Source of the DNA: a virus
Virus record (IMG/VR): IMGVR_UViG_3300006056_000014
Span: 1 to 37,314 of that record
DNA: 37,314 bases
Reading direction: 5' to 3' (one strand)
Positions 23,329-33,108 of this stretch are shown piece by piece (the stretch's first letter is position 1; each line of letters starts with the position of its first letter). Both the position numbers and the translations under genes were made by a program. The notes below the pieces were generated by a model. That model was not told where the DNA came from. It did not search any database and was given only the letters and a program-made list of their open reading frames with translations.

Positions 23329-23785
23329 CCTGAACCGCGTCGAAAGTGCCGTCACGGCGACATCAAGCGGGAATCTGACCTGGGATAAATGGACGCTTGA
23401 TTGCGCTGTGGCGCTCGGGTTTGCCGGCCAGCGAAATCCCCTTGGATTTGCCATGGTCCGCTACCTGTCCGACCCGCCGACGTCGGCCAATGTCTGGGCG
23501 CTGGTGATGACCCTGGCGAAACAAATGGAGAAGCAGGGCGTTGCCACGGAAGGGCTCAACGAGCTGGCATTCCAGGCCTTCGAGTATTGGCAGAACAGTC
23601 GCTGCCCGTCGTGTGGCGGTCGTGGCGTGGTCAGCATCGAGCAGCGCCAATGCCAGGCCTGCGCCGGTGCCGGACAACGCCCAGCGCCCAGTAGCCCAGA
23701 CCCCGTTCGCATCGGCGTTTCCTGCCTGCTTGAGGCTGAGAGCTATCTGGAAGGGCAGCTCAATGCACGCATGCGCCGTGCCTGA
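23318..23785 (+). CDS. Possible late-gene antiterminator (Q-like, double CxxCxGxG zinc motif)
   Basis: CPSCGGRGVVSIEQRQCQACAGAG. It is one of the last early-region genes, with three small ORFs and the HNH gene between it and terS. The late operon contains several intrinsic terminators. Confidence 0.4.
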   Translation: MGDNLNRVESAVTATSSGNLTWDKWTLDCAVALGFAGQRNPLGFAMVRYLSDPPTSANVWALVMTLAKQMEKQGVATEGLNELAFQAFEYWQNSRCPSCGGRGVVSIEQRQCQACAGAGQRPAPSSPDPVRIGVSCLLEAESYLEGQLNARMRRA

Positions 23786-23847
23786 ACGCTTAGCTGTTGG
23801 GCCGCGCGGGGTTTCGCGCGGTCCCACACGAGCGTAGTGTTATTCCT

Positions 23848-24096
23848 ATGACAATAAACAGGATGGTGAAGATGGTTTTTACGAAATGGAAGGTTGGCCG
23901 CACTGAAGGTGGCTACGCGGAAATTTGTCTGATACTGCTCGATGGCGAGATGGATCGCGTCGTTTCGTTGGTGAAGGAATCTGACGGACAAATCACGTTC
24001 CGCGAAGAGTGCGACGGCTACTTCAACGTGACGATGCCGAAGGATGAAGCCAAGAAAGCACTGGCCGAAGCACTGGTATGGCTCGATGAGGCATAA
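23848..24096 (+). CDS. Hypothetical protein (start ambiguous: 23848, 23863 or 23872)
   Basis: Coding-like ORF MTINRMVKMVFTKWKVGRTEGGYAEICLILLDGE... Confidence 0.45.
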   Translation: MTINRMVKMVFTKWKVGRTEGGYAEICLILLDGEMDRVVSLVKESDGQITFREECDGYFNVTMPKDEAKKALAEALVWLDEA

Positions 24097-24140
24097 CAGG
24101 GGTTTGACAGCCATCTGATGCATAGAAAGGACGATGCGAA

Positions 24141-24356
24141 ATGAGCGAAACAGAATGGCGAAATGAACCGCCAACAGAGCCCGGCTACTACTGGGTGCGT
24201 TACGTGGACATTCATGGCGCGACGAGAGAGCCGGACATCATGTGGCTTATTGAGCAAGGACGAGCCTTTGAATTTTGCAGCGAGCACGTATGGGCTCCTG
24301 GTGTCGGATGCTTTGAGTACGGGCCGAAGATAGAGCCGCCCAACGCACCAGCTTAG
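24141..24356 (+). CDS. Hypothetical protein (DUF551-like flavour)
   Basis: 71 aa, MSETEWRNEPPTEPGYYWVRY... Confidence 0.45.
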   Translation: MSETEWRNEPPTEPGYYWVRYVDIHGATREPDIMWLIEQGRAFEFCSEHVWAPGVGCFEYGPKIEPPNAPA

Positions 24357-24414
24357 GCGGACGCCGCTTGCGGCGTGTCTCCTGGAGTGATGGGTTCGGC
24401 GGCACACGATAGGG

Positions 24415-24573
24415 ATGAAAGCAATGAACGAACTACTTTGGACGCTTGCGGTTGTTGGCGCGTGGAACGCCATAAACATGGCAGGGCGGATTTACTACAA
24501 GGCGCCATGGTGGCCGTACTGGTGGCACGTTTTTACCGGCGCATGGGCGGCCTGGCTGCTGTGGCAACAGTGA
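24415..24573 (+). CDS. Small Trp-rich membrane protein (52 aa, not in the ORF track)
   Basis: MKAMNELLWTLAVVGAWNAINMAGRIYYKAPWWPYWWHVFTGAWAAWLLWQQ. This is more protein-like than the overlapping 80-aa ORF at 24375-24617. Confidence 0.3.
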   Translation: MKAMNELLWTLAVVGAWNAINMAGRIYYKAPWWPYWWHVFTGAWAAWLLWQQ

Positions 24574-24619
24574 CGCCGAACAGGGGGGTTGACATCCATG
24601 GTAAGGTAAAAATATAGCC

Positions 24620-25012
24620 ATGCCAGTCTCAGCCCCCAAGCCTTGCCGTCATCATGGATGCGGTCAGCTGGTCAGCGATGGCAGCTACTGCCCGGCGCAT
24701 AAGCGCCCCGATCCCGGGTCATTCTCAGACCCCAGCCGCGGTACTCGACATGAGCGCGGCTATGGCAGTAAGTGGGACAAGCTTCGGGCATGGATACTCA
24801 AGCGCGACAACGGCCTTTGCCAGGAGTGTTTGCGCAATGGTCGCCTCACTCCGGTTGGTCAGACGAAGTTCTCCTACTTCTGCGACCACATCAAGCCGAA
24901 GGAAGAAGGCGGCAGCGATGACGAAAGCAACCTCGAAGCGCTCTGCAAGCCGTGCCACACGGCGAAGACAGACCGCGAAAAGAACAGATGGAGGGGCGGG
25001 TCAAAAGTCTAG
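24620..25012 (+). CDS. HNH endonuclease (packaging-associated)
   Basis: Cys-rich N-terminus, CQECL...DHIKPKEEGG...NLEALCKPCHTAKT, upstream of the terminase genes. Confidence 0.88.
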   Translation: MPVSAPKPCRHHGCGQLVSDGSYCPAHKRPDPGSFSDPSRGTRHERGYGSKWDKLRAWILKRDNGLCQECLRNGRLTPVGQTKFSYFCDHIKPKEEGGSDDESNLEALCKPCHTAKTDREKNRWRGGSKV

Positions 25013-25652
25013 GCCCGCTTGCCCCAGGACCGAGCGCTAGGTCAAATTTTTTCGTGCGGTAGTTATTGGGGGAGGGGGTACCCCCTGCCAGTAGCTCTGC
25101 CGTGCAAACGTGTGCACCAAGAAGACTGGATATTCGGACCGATGGGCTCGGTTGGATTGGACAATGTCAGGAAGCCCATACCCGACATCCCTCGAATGTT
25201 CAGCCTTGTTGGTGTAAGCGCAGGCTGATGCGCGAATAAAAACCGTGGTGATTCCAGCAGAGGCGAGAGGCGACGCCAGAAAGCGGGCCAGTGCAGCGGA
25301 CGCACATTAAAAACACCAGCCACGGGAAACACTCAAAGCCGGAGATCAGCACCGGCCACCAGCAACATCTGAAAGCCGGGCTTAGCGCGGATGTAGCCAA
25401 TAGGCAGCGCGTAGCTTCGAGGGTAGCCGCCTCGTTAATCGGGTCAATCAAAGGCTCAACACTAGCGACGGTTTGGCTCCCTCCAAACGCCGGATCACGT
25501 AACCGGCAAGAATAAAACCCTGAGCCAGAGTGCTCGTGCCAAGGGTGACGATGGTGACCCGGGCCGCTTCGGCGGCCCGGTGATCCTGAACCATCCCGCC
25601 GAGCCAGCGAGATCCTGAGAACCAGAATCTCCCCCTGGTGGGGAAACCATCC

Positions 25653-25675
25653 AACCGCCTTAGGGCGGTTTTTTC
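25653..25675 (+). terminator. Intrinsic terminator, member 1 of a repeated AACCGCC-TNNG-GGCGGTT-T(n) family
   Basis: AACCGCC TTAG GGCGGTT TTTT, 17 nt upstream of the terS ATG. Confidence 0.65.
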
Positions 25676-25691
25676 GTTTACGGAGATCGCC

Positions 25692-26240
25692 ATGGGACAG
25701 AGAGGACCGAAGCCGTTGCCCGGCAACGTGCATCTGTTGCGTGGCAATGCCAGCAAGAAGCCGATCGGCGCGCTGCTCGACGAGTTCCAGCCGGAAGTCG
25801 AGATCCCGAGCTTCCCGTCGTGGATCTGGCCCGAGGCCAAGAAGGAATGGAAGCGCATCTCCACCGAACTTGAGCGCTACGGCCTGATCTCGAAACTCGA
25901 CCGGGCCGCCCTGGTGCTGTACTGCCAGGCCTGGGCCAAGATGGTCTGGGCAGAGAACCAACTCTCCCGCGCCATGAAGCTGGCCGAAGAAGCGCGCCAG
26001 CTGGCCGAGGCCAAGGGTGAGGAATACACCGGCGGCGATGGCCTGATGGTCAAGACGGCCAACGGCAACTTCACCTATTCGCATCACTGGGTCGTCGGCA
26101 AGCATGCCGCCTCCGAGGTCAAGCGCTACCTCGATCTGTTCGGCCTGTCGCCCAGCGCCCGTTCCCGCGTTCGCACCAGCGACAACCGTCAAGGCCAGCT
26201 CTTCGAAGAAGGCTCGCAAGACCAGTGGGCCCAGCTGTGA
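25692..26240 (+). CDS. terS: Terminase small subunit (P27 family)
   Basis: GGAG RBS. MGQRGPKPLPGNVHLLRGN...LDRAALVLYCQAW...YLDLFGLSPSARSR is typical of the P27 family. Confidence 0.88.
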   Translation: MGQRGPKPLPGNVHLLRGNASKKPIGALLDEFQPEVEIPSFPSWIWPEAKKEWKRISTELERYGLISKLDRAALVLYCQAWAKMVWAENQLSRAMKLAEEARQLAEAKGEEYTGGDGLMVKTANGNFTYSHHWVVGKHAASEVKRYLDLFGLSPSARSRVRTSDNRQGQLFEEGSQDQWAQL

Positions 26241-27955
26241 GTTCCGAACTGACCTCTTTTGGCGACATCGCCACGGCGTATGCCCGCGATGTGGTCGACG
26301 GCAAGATCGTCGCCTGCAAGTGGCACCGCCTGGCCTGCGCTCGTCACCTCAAGGATCTCGCCCGCGCCGAGGCTGGCGACTTCGCCTACATCTGGAATCC
26401 TGAACTCACGGACCAGAAGGGCAAGACCTACTTCCCGGCAGAACGCATCTGCAAGTTTGCCGAACTGATGCCCCACATCAAGGGCGACTGGGCAGCCCGT
26501 GGCCAGCTCATCAAGCTTGAGCGCTGGCAGATCTTCATCCTGGCCAGCATCTTCGGCTGGGTCAACAAGGTCACCTTCAAGCGCCGCTTCCGGGTGGCTG
26601 ACGTCATCGTGCCGCGCAAGAACGCCAAGAGCACGCTGGCCGCCGTTATCGGCAACTACATGCTGGCGGTCGATGGCGAATTCGGCGCCGAGGTCTATTC
26701 CGGCGCCACCTCGCAGGATCAGGCCATGGAAGTCTTCCGGCCGGCCCTGCTGATGGCCCGAGCCACGCCGCGTTTTATCCAGGCCTACGGCGTCATGGTC
26801 AACGCGTCGAACCTGTCGATCGCCGAGAACAACAGCAAATTCGAGCCCGTCATCGGCAAGCCCGGCGACGGCGCCAGCCCCAGCTGCGCCATCGTCGACG
26901 AGTACCACGAGCACAAGACCAGCGAACTCTTCGACACCATGCAGACCGGCATGGGCGCCCGCTCGCAGCCGCTCATCCTGGTCATCACCACCGCCGGCTC
27001 TGACATCTCCGGCCCGTGCTACCTGCACCAGGTCGAGCTGCAGAAGATCCTCGAAGGCGTTGTCGAGAACGACCAGCGCTTCGGCATCGTCTTCACCATG
27101 GACGAAGACGACGACTGGACCACCGAGATCGCCCTCAAGAAGGCCAACCCAAACTACGGCATATCCATCGATGCCGAGTACCTGCAGCTGCAGCAGCGCG
27201 ATGCCGTCGCCGACACCCGCAAGCAGAACGTCTTCAAGACCAAGCACCTCGACGTCTGGGTCGCTGCCGCCTCGCCCTGGTTGAACCTCTACAACCTGCA
27301 GCAATCCGGCGACAGCTCACTGACCCTCGAAAGCCACGACTGGGACGGCTGCGTCGAAGGCCTCGACCTGGCCAGCAAACAGGACATCGCCAGCCGCGTC
27401 AAACTCTGCTGGCGCGACCTTGACGACGGCCGACACTACTACGCCTTTTCAAAAAACTACGTCCCGCAATCGACGGTCGACAAGCCGGAAAACGCCCACT
27501 ACCAAGCCTGGGTCCATAGCGGTCATCTGATCGCCACCCCGGGCAACATGATCGACCTCGAGCAGATCCAGGAAGAACTGATCGAATCGGCCAGCCAGGT
27601 GCATATCCGGGAAGTCGCCAAAGACCCCTGGGGCGGTCACCAACTCGGCGCCAACCTGGCCGCCGAAGGCTTCACCGTCGTCGATATACCGCAGCAGGTG
27701 CGCTACCTGTCGGACCCGATGAAAGAAATCGCCGCCGTCGTCGACGCCGGCCGATTCCACCACGACGCCAACCCGGCCTACGTCTGGATGATGAGCAACG
27801 TCGAAGTCCAGGAAGACCGAAACGAAAACATCTTCCCGCGCAAGTCGCGGGCCAGCAACAAGATCGATGCCGCGGTGGCCACCATCGTCGCCATGAATCG
27901 GGCGCTGGCCGCCGAGCCAGAGCAGGCAACTACCATGGAACTCATCATCCTATGA
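26237..27955 (+). CDS. terL: Terminase large subunit (GTG start at 26237, or at 26225)
   Basis: ~572 aa. Walker-like segment and VDEYHEH, then the nuclease half. GTGA overlap with the terS stop. Confidence 0.9.
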   Translation: MSSELTSFGDIATAYARDVVDGKIVACKWHRLACARHLKDLARAEAGDFAYIWNPELTDQKGKTYFPAERICKFAELMPHIKGDWAARGQLIKLERWQIFILASIFGWVNKVTFKRRFRVADVIVPRKNAKSTLAAVIGNYMLAVDGEFGAEVYSGATSQDQAMEVFRPALLMARATPRFIQAYGVMVNASNLSIAENNSKFEPVIGKPGDGASPSCAIVDEYHEHKTSELFDTMQTGMGARSQPLILVITTAGSDISGPCYLHQVELQKILEGVVENDQRFGIVFTMDEDDDWTTEIALKKANPNYGISIDAEYLQLQQRDAVADTRKQNVFKTKHLDVWVAAASPWLNLYNLQQSGDSSLTLESHDWDGCVEGLDLASKQDIASRVKLCWRDLDDGRHYYAFSKNYVPQSTVDKPENAHYQAWVHSGHLIATPGNMIDLEQIQEELIESASQVHIREVAKDPWGGHQLGANLAAEGFTVVDIPQQVRYLSDPMKEIAAVVDAGRFHHDANPAYVWMMSNVEVQEDRNENIFPRKSRASNKIDAAVATIVAMNRALAAEPEQATTMELIIL

Positions 27956-29241
27956 ACGCACCGGTCACCTGGTACAACGCCGAACGGGTCAGCCAGCCCG
28001 GCAGCGCCATCCTCAACGCCTGGAAAGCCGAGCGCGAGGCGGCTCGCATCCAGAATTCCGGCGGCAATGTATACCCCAGCAGCGCCGGGACCAGCGGAAG
28101 CCAGCTCTACGAATGGATGACTGGCGGCAACATCTCTCATGCCGGCCCGGCGGTGACTGAGCGCACCGCCATGGGCATCGGCGCTGTTTATGCCTGTGTC
28201 GGCCTGATCGGTGGCGCCATTTCCAGCCTTCCGCTGCAAATCTACCGCCGCACCGAAAATGGCCGCGAACGGATCAACCACGACATTTGGTGGCTGCTCA
28301 ACGAACAGCCTTGCGCCTGCATGTCGGCCGCCGTCATGTGGGAATTCCTCGCCTGGTCCTTGCTTCTGCACGGCGATGCCTTCGCCATCATCCAGCGCCA
28401 GGGGCCGAAGATCATCGGCCTTGAGCCGGTTCATCCGCTTTCCGTGACGGTTCATGAAGTCGAGGAACGCCTGGTTTATACCGTCGTCGATAATGACGAA
28501 ACGCTCGTTCTCGACCAGGACGACATGCTGCATATTCCAGGCCTCGGCTTCGACGGCAAGCGCGGCTTGTCGCCGCTCCGCTACGCCGCCCGTCAGACCT
28601 TTGGCCTGGCGCTGGCCGCCGAAGAGTACAGCGCCCGCTTCTTCAGCAACGGCGCCCGCCCGGACTACGTCATCACCACTGAAAACAAGATGGATTCAGA
28701 GCAACAGCGGCTATTCCGTGAAAGCTGGATGGCCCGCTATGCTGGCCTGCAGAATGCCCATATCCCGGCGCTGCTGACGGGTGGCGGTGCTGAAGTCAAG
28801 TCGCTCACGCTAAGCCCGGAAGAAGCCCAGCTCATGGCAACGCGAAATTTCCAGGCCACCGACGTCGCCCGCATTTACGGCGTGCCGCCGCACATGATCG
28901 GCATTACCGAAAAAACCACCAGCTGGGGCAGCGGCATCGAGCAGCAAGGCATCGGCTTCGTCAAATATACCCTGCAGCGCCACCTGGTAAAGATCGAGCA
29001 GGAAATCAATCGCAAGCTCTTCCGTCGCTCGTTGCAGCTCTTCGCGGAATTCAACACCGCTGGCCTTGAGCGCGGCGATTACAAAGGCCGCAACGAAGGC
29101 TATCGCATCGCCGCTGGCCGGGCCGGTGAGCCCGGATGGATGACCATCAACGAGATCCGCAAACTCGAAAACCTGCCGCCGATCGATGGTGGCGACATTC
29201 TCTTCAACCCCAATCAATCCGCTGGAGCCGCCGCGCAATGA
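27952..29241 (+). CDS. Portal protein (HK97 family)
   Basis: 429 aa in the conserved position, with an ATGA overlap with terL. Confidence 0.88.
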   Translation: MNAPVTWYNAERVSQPGSAILNAWKAEREAARIQNSGGNVYPSSAGTSGSQLYEWMTGGNISHAGPAVTERTAMGIGAVYACVGLIGGAISSLPLQIYRRTENGRERINHDIWWLLNEQPCACMSAAVMWEFLAWSLLLHGDAFAIIQRQGPKIIGLEPVHPLSVTVHEVEERLVYTVVDNDETLVLDQDDMLHIPGLGFDGKRGLSPLRYAARQTFGLALAAEEYSARFFSNGARPDYVITTENKMDSEQQRLFRESWMARYAGLQNAHIPALLTGGGAEVKSLTLSPEEAQLMATRNFQATDVARIYGVPPHMIGITEKTTSWGSGIEQQGIGFVKYTLQRHLVKIEQEINRKLFRRSLQLFAEFNTAGLERGDYKGRNEGYRIAAGRAGEPGWMTINEIRKLENLPPIDGGDILFNPNQSAGAAAQ

Positions 29242-29978
29242 ACAAGCTCATGAAACTCCTGGCCGACAACCGCGGCATTGGCTTATTCAAAGCCGAAGCC
29301 AGCAGCAACGAAGCCACCATCTATCTCTACGACGCCATCGTTTCCGATGCCTACTGGGGCGGCGTTGCTGCTGCGGATTTTGTCCAGCAGCTGGCCAGCC
29401 TGAACGTCGCCACCATCCATCTGCGCATCAATTGCCCCGGCGGTGAAGTCTTCGCCGCCCAGGCCATGGCCCAGGCCGTCCGCGAGCACCCAGCCAACAT
29501 CATCGCCCATGTCGATGGCTATGCCGCCAGCGCGGCCAGCTGGCTCGCCCTGGCCTGTGACGAAGTGCTGATCTCCGAAGGGGGCTACTTCATGATTCAC
29601 AAGGCGATCACCATCGCCTACGGCAACGCCGACGAATTCAAGAAGCAGGCCGATCTGCTCGACAAGATCGACGGCACCCTCGTCGCCAGCTACGTCAAGG
29701 AAACGGGGCAGGACGCCCAGCAGATTGCCGACTGGATGGCCGCCGAAACCTGGTTCAACGCCGAAGAAGCCGTGGCCAATGGTTTTGCCGACAAGATTGC
29801 CGAGGCGGCACCCAAGAACATGAAGCAATGGAACCTGGCCGCCTACAACAAGGCCCCGGTCATTCCCGAATCGCCCATAACTCCGCCGGCCAACGATGCT
29901 CAGCCTGATGAGCCAGCCATCGATATCACCCAACACCTCCGCCGCCGCCTTGCGCTGGTGGAAAAGCAAGCTGCCTGA
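29238..29978 (+). CDS. Head maturation protease (ClpP/S49-like)
   Basis: ATG 29238 overlaps the portal stop. IHLRINCPGGEVFAAQAM...VDGYAASAASWLALACD is a ClpP-like serine protease motif. Confidence 0.85.
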   Translation: MNKLMKLLADNRGIGLFKAEASSNEATIYLYDAIVSDAYWGGVAAADFVQQLASLNVATIHLRINCPGGEVFAAQAMAQAVREHPANIIAHVDGYAASAASWLALACDEVLISEGGYFMIHKAITIAYGNADEFKKQADLLDKIDGTLVASYVKETGQDAQQIADWMAAETWFNAEEAVANGFADKIAEAAPKNMKQWNLAAYNKAPVIPESPITPPANDAQPDEPAIDITQHLRRRLALVEKQAA

Positions 29979-29997
29979 GCGCTCCCGCGCCAAGTAG

Positions 29998-30022
29998 AGC
30001 CGCCTCGAGGCGGCTTTTTTTT
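29998..30022 (+). terminator. Intrinsic terminator-like hairpin between the protease and capsid genes
   Basis: AGCCGCC TCGA GGCGGCT followed by T8. Confidence 0.55.
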
Positions 30023-30049
30023 CGACCTGATTTCACGAAAGGAAATCGT

Positions 30050-31273
30050 ATGCAGTCCATTCAAGCCCTGCGGGAGCGCCGCGCCTCCCTCGCTCAGAAC
30101 CTTCACAAGCTGCTGGAAGAAAACCCCGGCAACAAGTGGGGCGCTGACCAACAATCCGCCTACGATCAGGCTATGGCCGAGATCGAAAACGTCGACGCCG
30201 AAGTCAAGCGCATCAATGCCGTCCTCGAAACCATCAAGGACAGCGCCGAAAGCAACACCATCCGCAACGCTGTCGAGCGTATTGCCCACGACCAGAAGCG
30301 TCCTGAACATCTGAACGCCTTCTGGAAGCTGATGAAGAACGGCGAAAAGCTGATGACGCCGGAAGAGTGGGGTGTCCTGCGCAACACCATGTCGGTCGGC
30401 ACCTCGGCCCAGGGTGGCTACACCGTCCCCACCGAAGTCGCCACCTCCGTCGCCGATGCCCTCAAGGCCTACGGCGGCATGCGCTCGGTGGCCGAAGTCT
30501 TCCGTACCGCGGCTGGCAACGACATCAACTTTCCGACCTCCGACGGTAACTCGGAAACTGGCGAGCTGATCGGCGAAAACACCACTGCCACCGGTGCCGA
30601 TCCATCGTTCGGCGTTGTCACTATCAAGACCTACAAGTTCAGCTCGAAAATCGTCGCTGTCCCGTTCGAACTGCTGCAGGACTCTTCCATCGACATGGAA
30701 AGTTTCATCCGCAGCCGTCTGGTCACCCGTCTCGGCCGCATCACCAACACCAAGTTTACAGTCGGTACCGGCACCGGCGAGCCGAATGGCATCGTCACCG
30801 CTGCCGCTTCCGGCAAGGTCGGCACCACCGGCCAGACGACCACCGTCATCTTCGATGACCTGGTTGATCTGATTCACTCGGTGGATCCGGCCTATCGCGC
30901 CATGGGCGACTGCAAATTCATGATGAACGACGCGTCGCTCAAGATCATTCGCAAGCTGAAAGACTCGCAGGGCCGCCCGATCTTCCTGCCCGGTTACGAC
31001 GGCCTAGCCGGTAGCATGCCGGACACCCTGCTCGGCTACCCGATCGTGATCAACCAGGACATCGCGGTCATGGCCGCCAATGCCAAATCGATCCTGTTCG
31101 GCTGCTTCAGCTTCTACAAGATCCGCGATGCGATGGACATCCAGATGTTCCGTTTCGACGACAGCGCCTACATCAAACTTGGCCAGATCGGCTTCCTGGC
31201 CTGGATGCGCAGCGGCGGCAACTTTGTCGATGTGGGTGGCTCGGTCAAGTACTACGCCAACTCCGCAACCTAA
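30050..31273 (+). CDS. Major capsid protein (HK97 fold family)
   Basis: 407 aa with an N-terminal delta-like coiled coil followed by the capsid body, AAGGAAA RBS. Confidence 0.9.
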   Translation: MQSIQALRERRASLAQNLHKLLEENPGNKWGADQQSAYDQAMAEIENVDAEVKRINAVLETIKDSAESNTIRNAVERIAHDQKRPEHLNAFWKLMKNGEKLMTPEEWGVLRNTMSVGTSAQGGYTVPTEVATSVADALKAYGGMRSVAEVFRTAAGNDINFPTSDGNSETGELIGENTTATGADPSFGVVTIKTYKFSSKIVAVPFELLQDSSIDMESFIRSRLVTRLGRITNTKFTVGTGTGEPNGIVTAAASGKVGTTGQTTTVIFDDLVDLIHSVDPAYRAMGDCKFMMNDASLKIIRKLKDSQGRPIFLPGYDGLAGSMPDTLLGYPIVINQDIAVMAANAKSILFGCFSFYKIRDAMDIQMFRFDDSAYIKLGQIGFLAWMRSGGNFVDVGGSVKYYANSAT

Positions 31274-31292
31274 CCATCAATTGCAACAGACA

Positions 31293-31322
31293 GGCAGCGC
31301 CCTTCGGGGCGTTGCCGTTTTT
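31293..31322 (+). terminator. Intrinsic terminator after the capsid gene
   Basis: GGCAGCGCCC TTCG GGGCGTTGCC GTTTTT. Confidence 0.6.
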
Positions 31323-31335
31323 AAAGGAGCCTGAC

Positions 31336-31650
31336 ATGGCTAACAAAAAAGTCCGCGTACTTGTCGCCGGTGCGATCGGTGGTGTTCTGTACCAGTGCAA
31401 CGATGTCGTCAACCTTCCCGATGTCCTGGTGAAACAGTACGCCGAAGCAGTCGATTCAAACAAGGAAGCCGTCGCCTACGCACTGTCGGTCAATGGGAAT
31501 GTCGTCACTGATTATGTGGCGCCGGTTGAAGCGGTTGCTGTTGATCCAGTGGCTGAAAAGATCGCCACGCCCGTCGCTCAAGCGCCAGCCGCCGAATCCA
31601 CCGAAGAAGCCGCCGTCCCTGCTGTCCAGGGCGACAGCCCGCAGGAGTAA
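31336..31650 (+). CDS. Hypothetical head-region protein with an Ala/Pro/Glu-rich tail
   Basis: AAGGAG RBS, MANKKVRVLVAGAIGG... Confidence 0.55.
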   Translation: MANKKVRVLVAGAIGGVLYQCNDVVNLPDVLVKQYAEAVDSNKEAVAYALSVNGNVVTDYVAPVEAVAVDPVAEKIATPVAQAPAAESTEEAAVPAVQGDSPQE

Positions 31651-31653
31651 CCC

Positions 31654-31869
31654 ATGAAAATCCAATGCCTCACCACCTTCCTCGAAGGCGCAGACCGCTT
31701 CGAGGAAGGTGACATTCGCACCGTCCAGGACGACGTCGGCGTTCGTCTCGTCGCCAACGGCTGGGCCAAGGACGTCACCGGTGAAGTTGCCACCGGCGCC
31801 GCTGCTGTCGGCGAATCCACGCTAGAAATTCAAAACCTGACCGCTTCTCAGGAGGTCCGCCATGGCTAA
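31654..31869 (+). CDS. Hypothetical protein
   Basis: 71 aa, GGAG RBS. Confidence 0.5.
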   Translation: MKIQCLTTFLEGADRFEEGDIRTVQDDVGVRLVANGWAKDVTGEVATGAAAVGESTLEIQNLTASQEVRHG

Positions 31870-32242
31870 AACAACGCACGACGACGTGATGGACGGCGCC
31901 CTCAATGTCATCAAGAACAACGTCACCCGGCAAGTCGCCTGCTCGGCCCAGCCGACCACCTTTGCAGAAGCCAACGCTACCTATGCGCTGGCCGATGTGA
32001 CGATGGCCTCCACTGACTTCACCATTGCCAACGGCGATACCTCCGGTCGCAAAGTCACCGTCGCCGCCAAGTCCGGCGTGCTGATCGATACCTCCGGCAC
32101 GGCCACCCATGTCGCGTTGCTCGACGTCACCAACAGCAAGCTGCTCGACGTCACCACCTGTACCTCGCTGGCGCTGACGGCCAACGGCTCCAACACCGTC
32201 AACTTCCCGGCCTGGAAGCATGAAATCGCTGATCCGACCTGA
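31862..32242 (+). CDS. Hypothetical structural-region protein
   Basis: 126 aa, AGGAGG RBS. Confidence 0.55.
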   Translation: MAKTTHDDVMDGALNVIKNNVTRQVACSAQPTTFAEANATYALADVTMASTDFTIANGDTSGRKVTVAAKSGVLIDTSGTATHVALLDVTNSKLLDVTTCTSLALTANGSNTVNFPAWKHEIADPT

Positions 32243-32244
32243 TC

Positions 32245-33105
32245 ATGAACGGCGTCTACGAAACCACGACGACTAGCGGCACCGGAACTGTAACGCTGTC
32301 TGCTGTCACTGGCCGGCCGCGTTTCTCCGACGCCGGTGTTGGAGCGCTGGTGCCCTATGCCATCAAGGACGGCAGTAATTGGGAGTGGGGCATTGGTACT
32401 GTCGGTGGGTCAAATTCGCTTCTCAGATCCGTAGTTACGGCGACCTATGTGGCAGGCACCTACGACAACACCAGCCCGGCAGCGATCTCGCTGTCTGGGT
32501 CTTCTGCCGATGTTTATCTAGCAAGCATCGCCGAGGCATTGGCCACTGGACTGCCGATTGTTTCTGGGGTGTACGGCCGCAAAGCGGTCATGTCTACCCA
32601 TTGGAATACGTACGCCAATAGCACGCTCACCGTTGCTGCTGATCGCCTTTACCTGCTTCCGTTCCGTGTTGATTCTGCCTACGACATCAACGGTTTTTAC
32701 ATCGACATGAACACGGCAGGTGCAGCATCTACGAAGGCGCGCATCGGTCTGTATCGCATGAAGTCAGATGGTCAACCCGGCGCATTGATCGTAGAAACAG
32801 CTGATATCGATACGTCAGTCGCTGCCGCTGTCCTGTCGCCTTCGGTGACACAAACGCGCATCGCGCCGGGCTGGTACTACATCGCGCTGGTTTGCTCGGG
32901 AACTCCGACATTTCAGGCTTATCCGTCTTCTGCTATCGGTATCTCTCCACTTGGCCTTGAAAACGGTGCTAGTTCGATGCTTCCAATTCAGGCAATTTAC
33001 AAGTCGATTGCCGGGTGGTCTGCGCTGCCTGCCGATCCGACCGGTTTCACTGCGCTGTCGCCTGGCAGCGCATCGATCCCGGCGATCGCTCTCAAATTGG
33101 CGTAA
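32245..33105 (+). CDS. Hypothetical structural-region protein
   Basis: 286 aa, Thr/Ser/Gly/Ala-rich beta-type composition. Confidence 0.55.
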   Translation: MNGVYETTTTSGTGTVTLSAVTGRPRFSDAGVGALVPYAIKDGSNWEWGIGTVGGSNSLLRSVVTATYVAGTYDNTSPAAISLSGSSADVYLASIAEALATGLPIVSGVYGRKAVMSTHWNTYANSTLTVAADRLYLLPFRVDSAYDINGFYIDMNTAGAASTKARIGLYRMKSDGQPGALIVETADIDTSVAAAVLSPSVTQTRIAPGWYYIALVCSGTPTFQAYPSSAIGISPLGLENGASSMLPIQAIYKSIAGWSALPADPTGFTALSPGSASIPAIALKLA

Positions 33106-33108
33106 TCA

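Noticed and set aside
23799-23825. 10-bp GC hairpin (GGGCCGCGCG-GGGTTT-CGCGCGGTCC) right after the Q-like gene, considered as a terminator
   Set aside because: No T-run follows it. It may be an RNA-stability or recognition element, but it cannot be called an intrinsic terminator.
24375-24617. 80-aa plus-strand ORF
   Set aside because: It has no RBS and an odd composition. An alternative 52-aa Trp-rich membrane ORF (24415-24573) in another frame looks more protein-like, although that one is itself uncertain.
24589-24618. Near-consensus sigma70-like promoter TTGACA-18 nt-TATAGC just before the HNH gene
   Set aside because: The predicted start site would fall a few nt downstream of the HNH ATG (24620), so it cannot serve that gene as drawn. 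It may be a chance match. I kept it only as a note.
25231-25250. CTGATG...GAATAAA resembling a hammerhead ribozyme core
   Set aside because: The conserved CUGANGA and GAAA boxes and the three-stem geometry cannot be completed from the flanking sequence.
25200-26219. 339-aa minus-strand ORF antisense to terS
   Set aside because: It has low-complexity Gly/Ala/Arg composition and overlaps a confidently assigned P27-family terS on the other strand. The same reasoning applies to 26189-27304, 29283-29993 and 29900-30877 on the minus strand.
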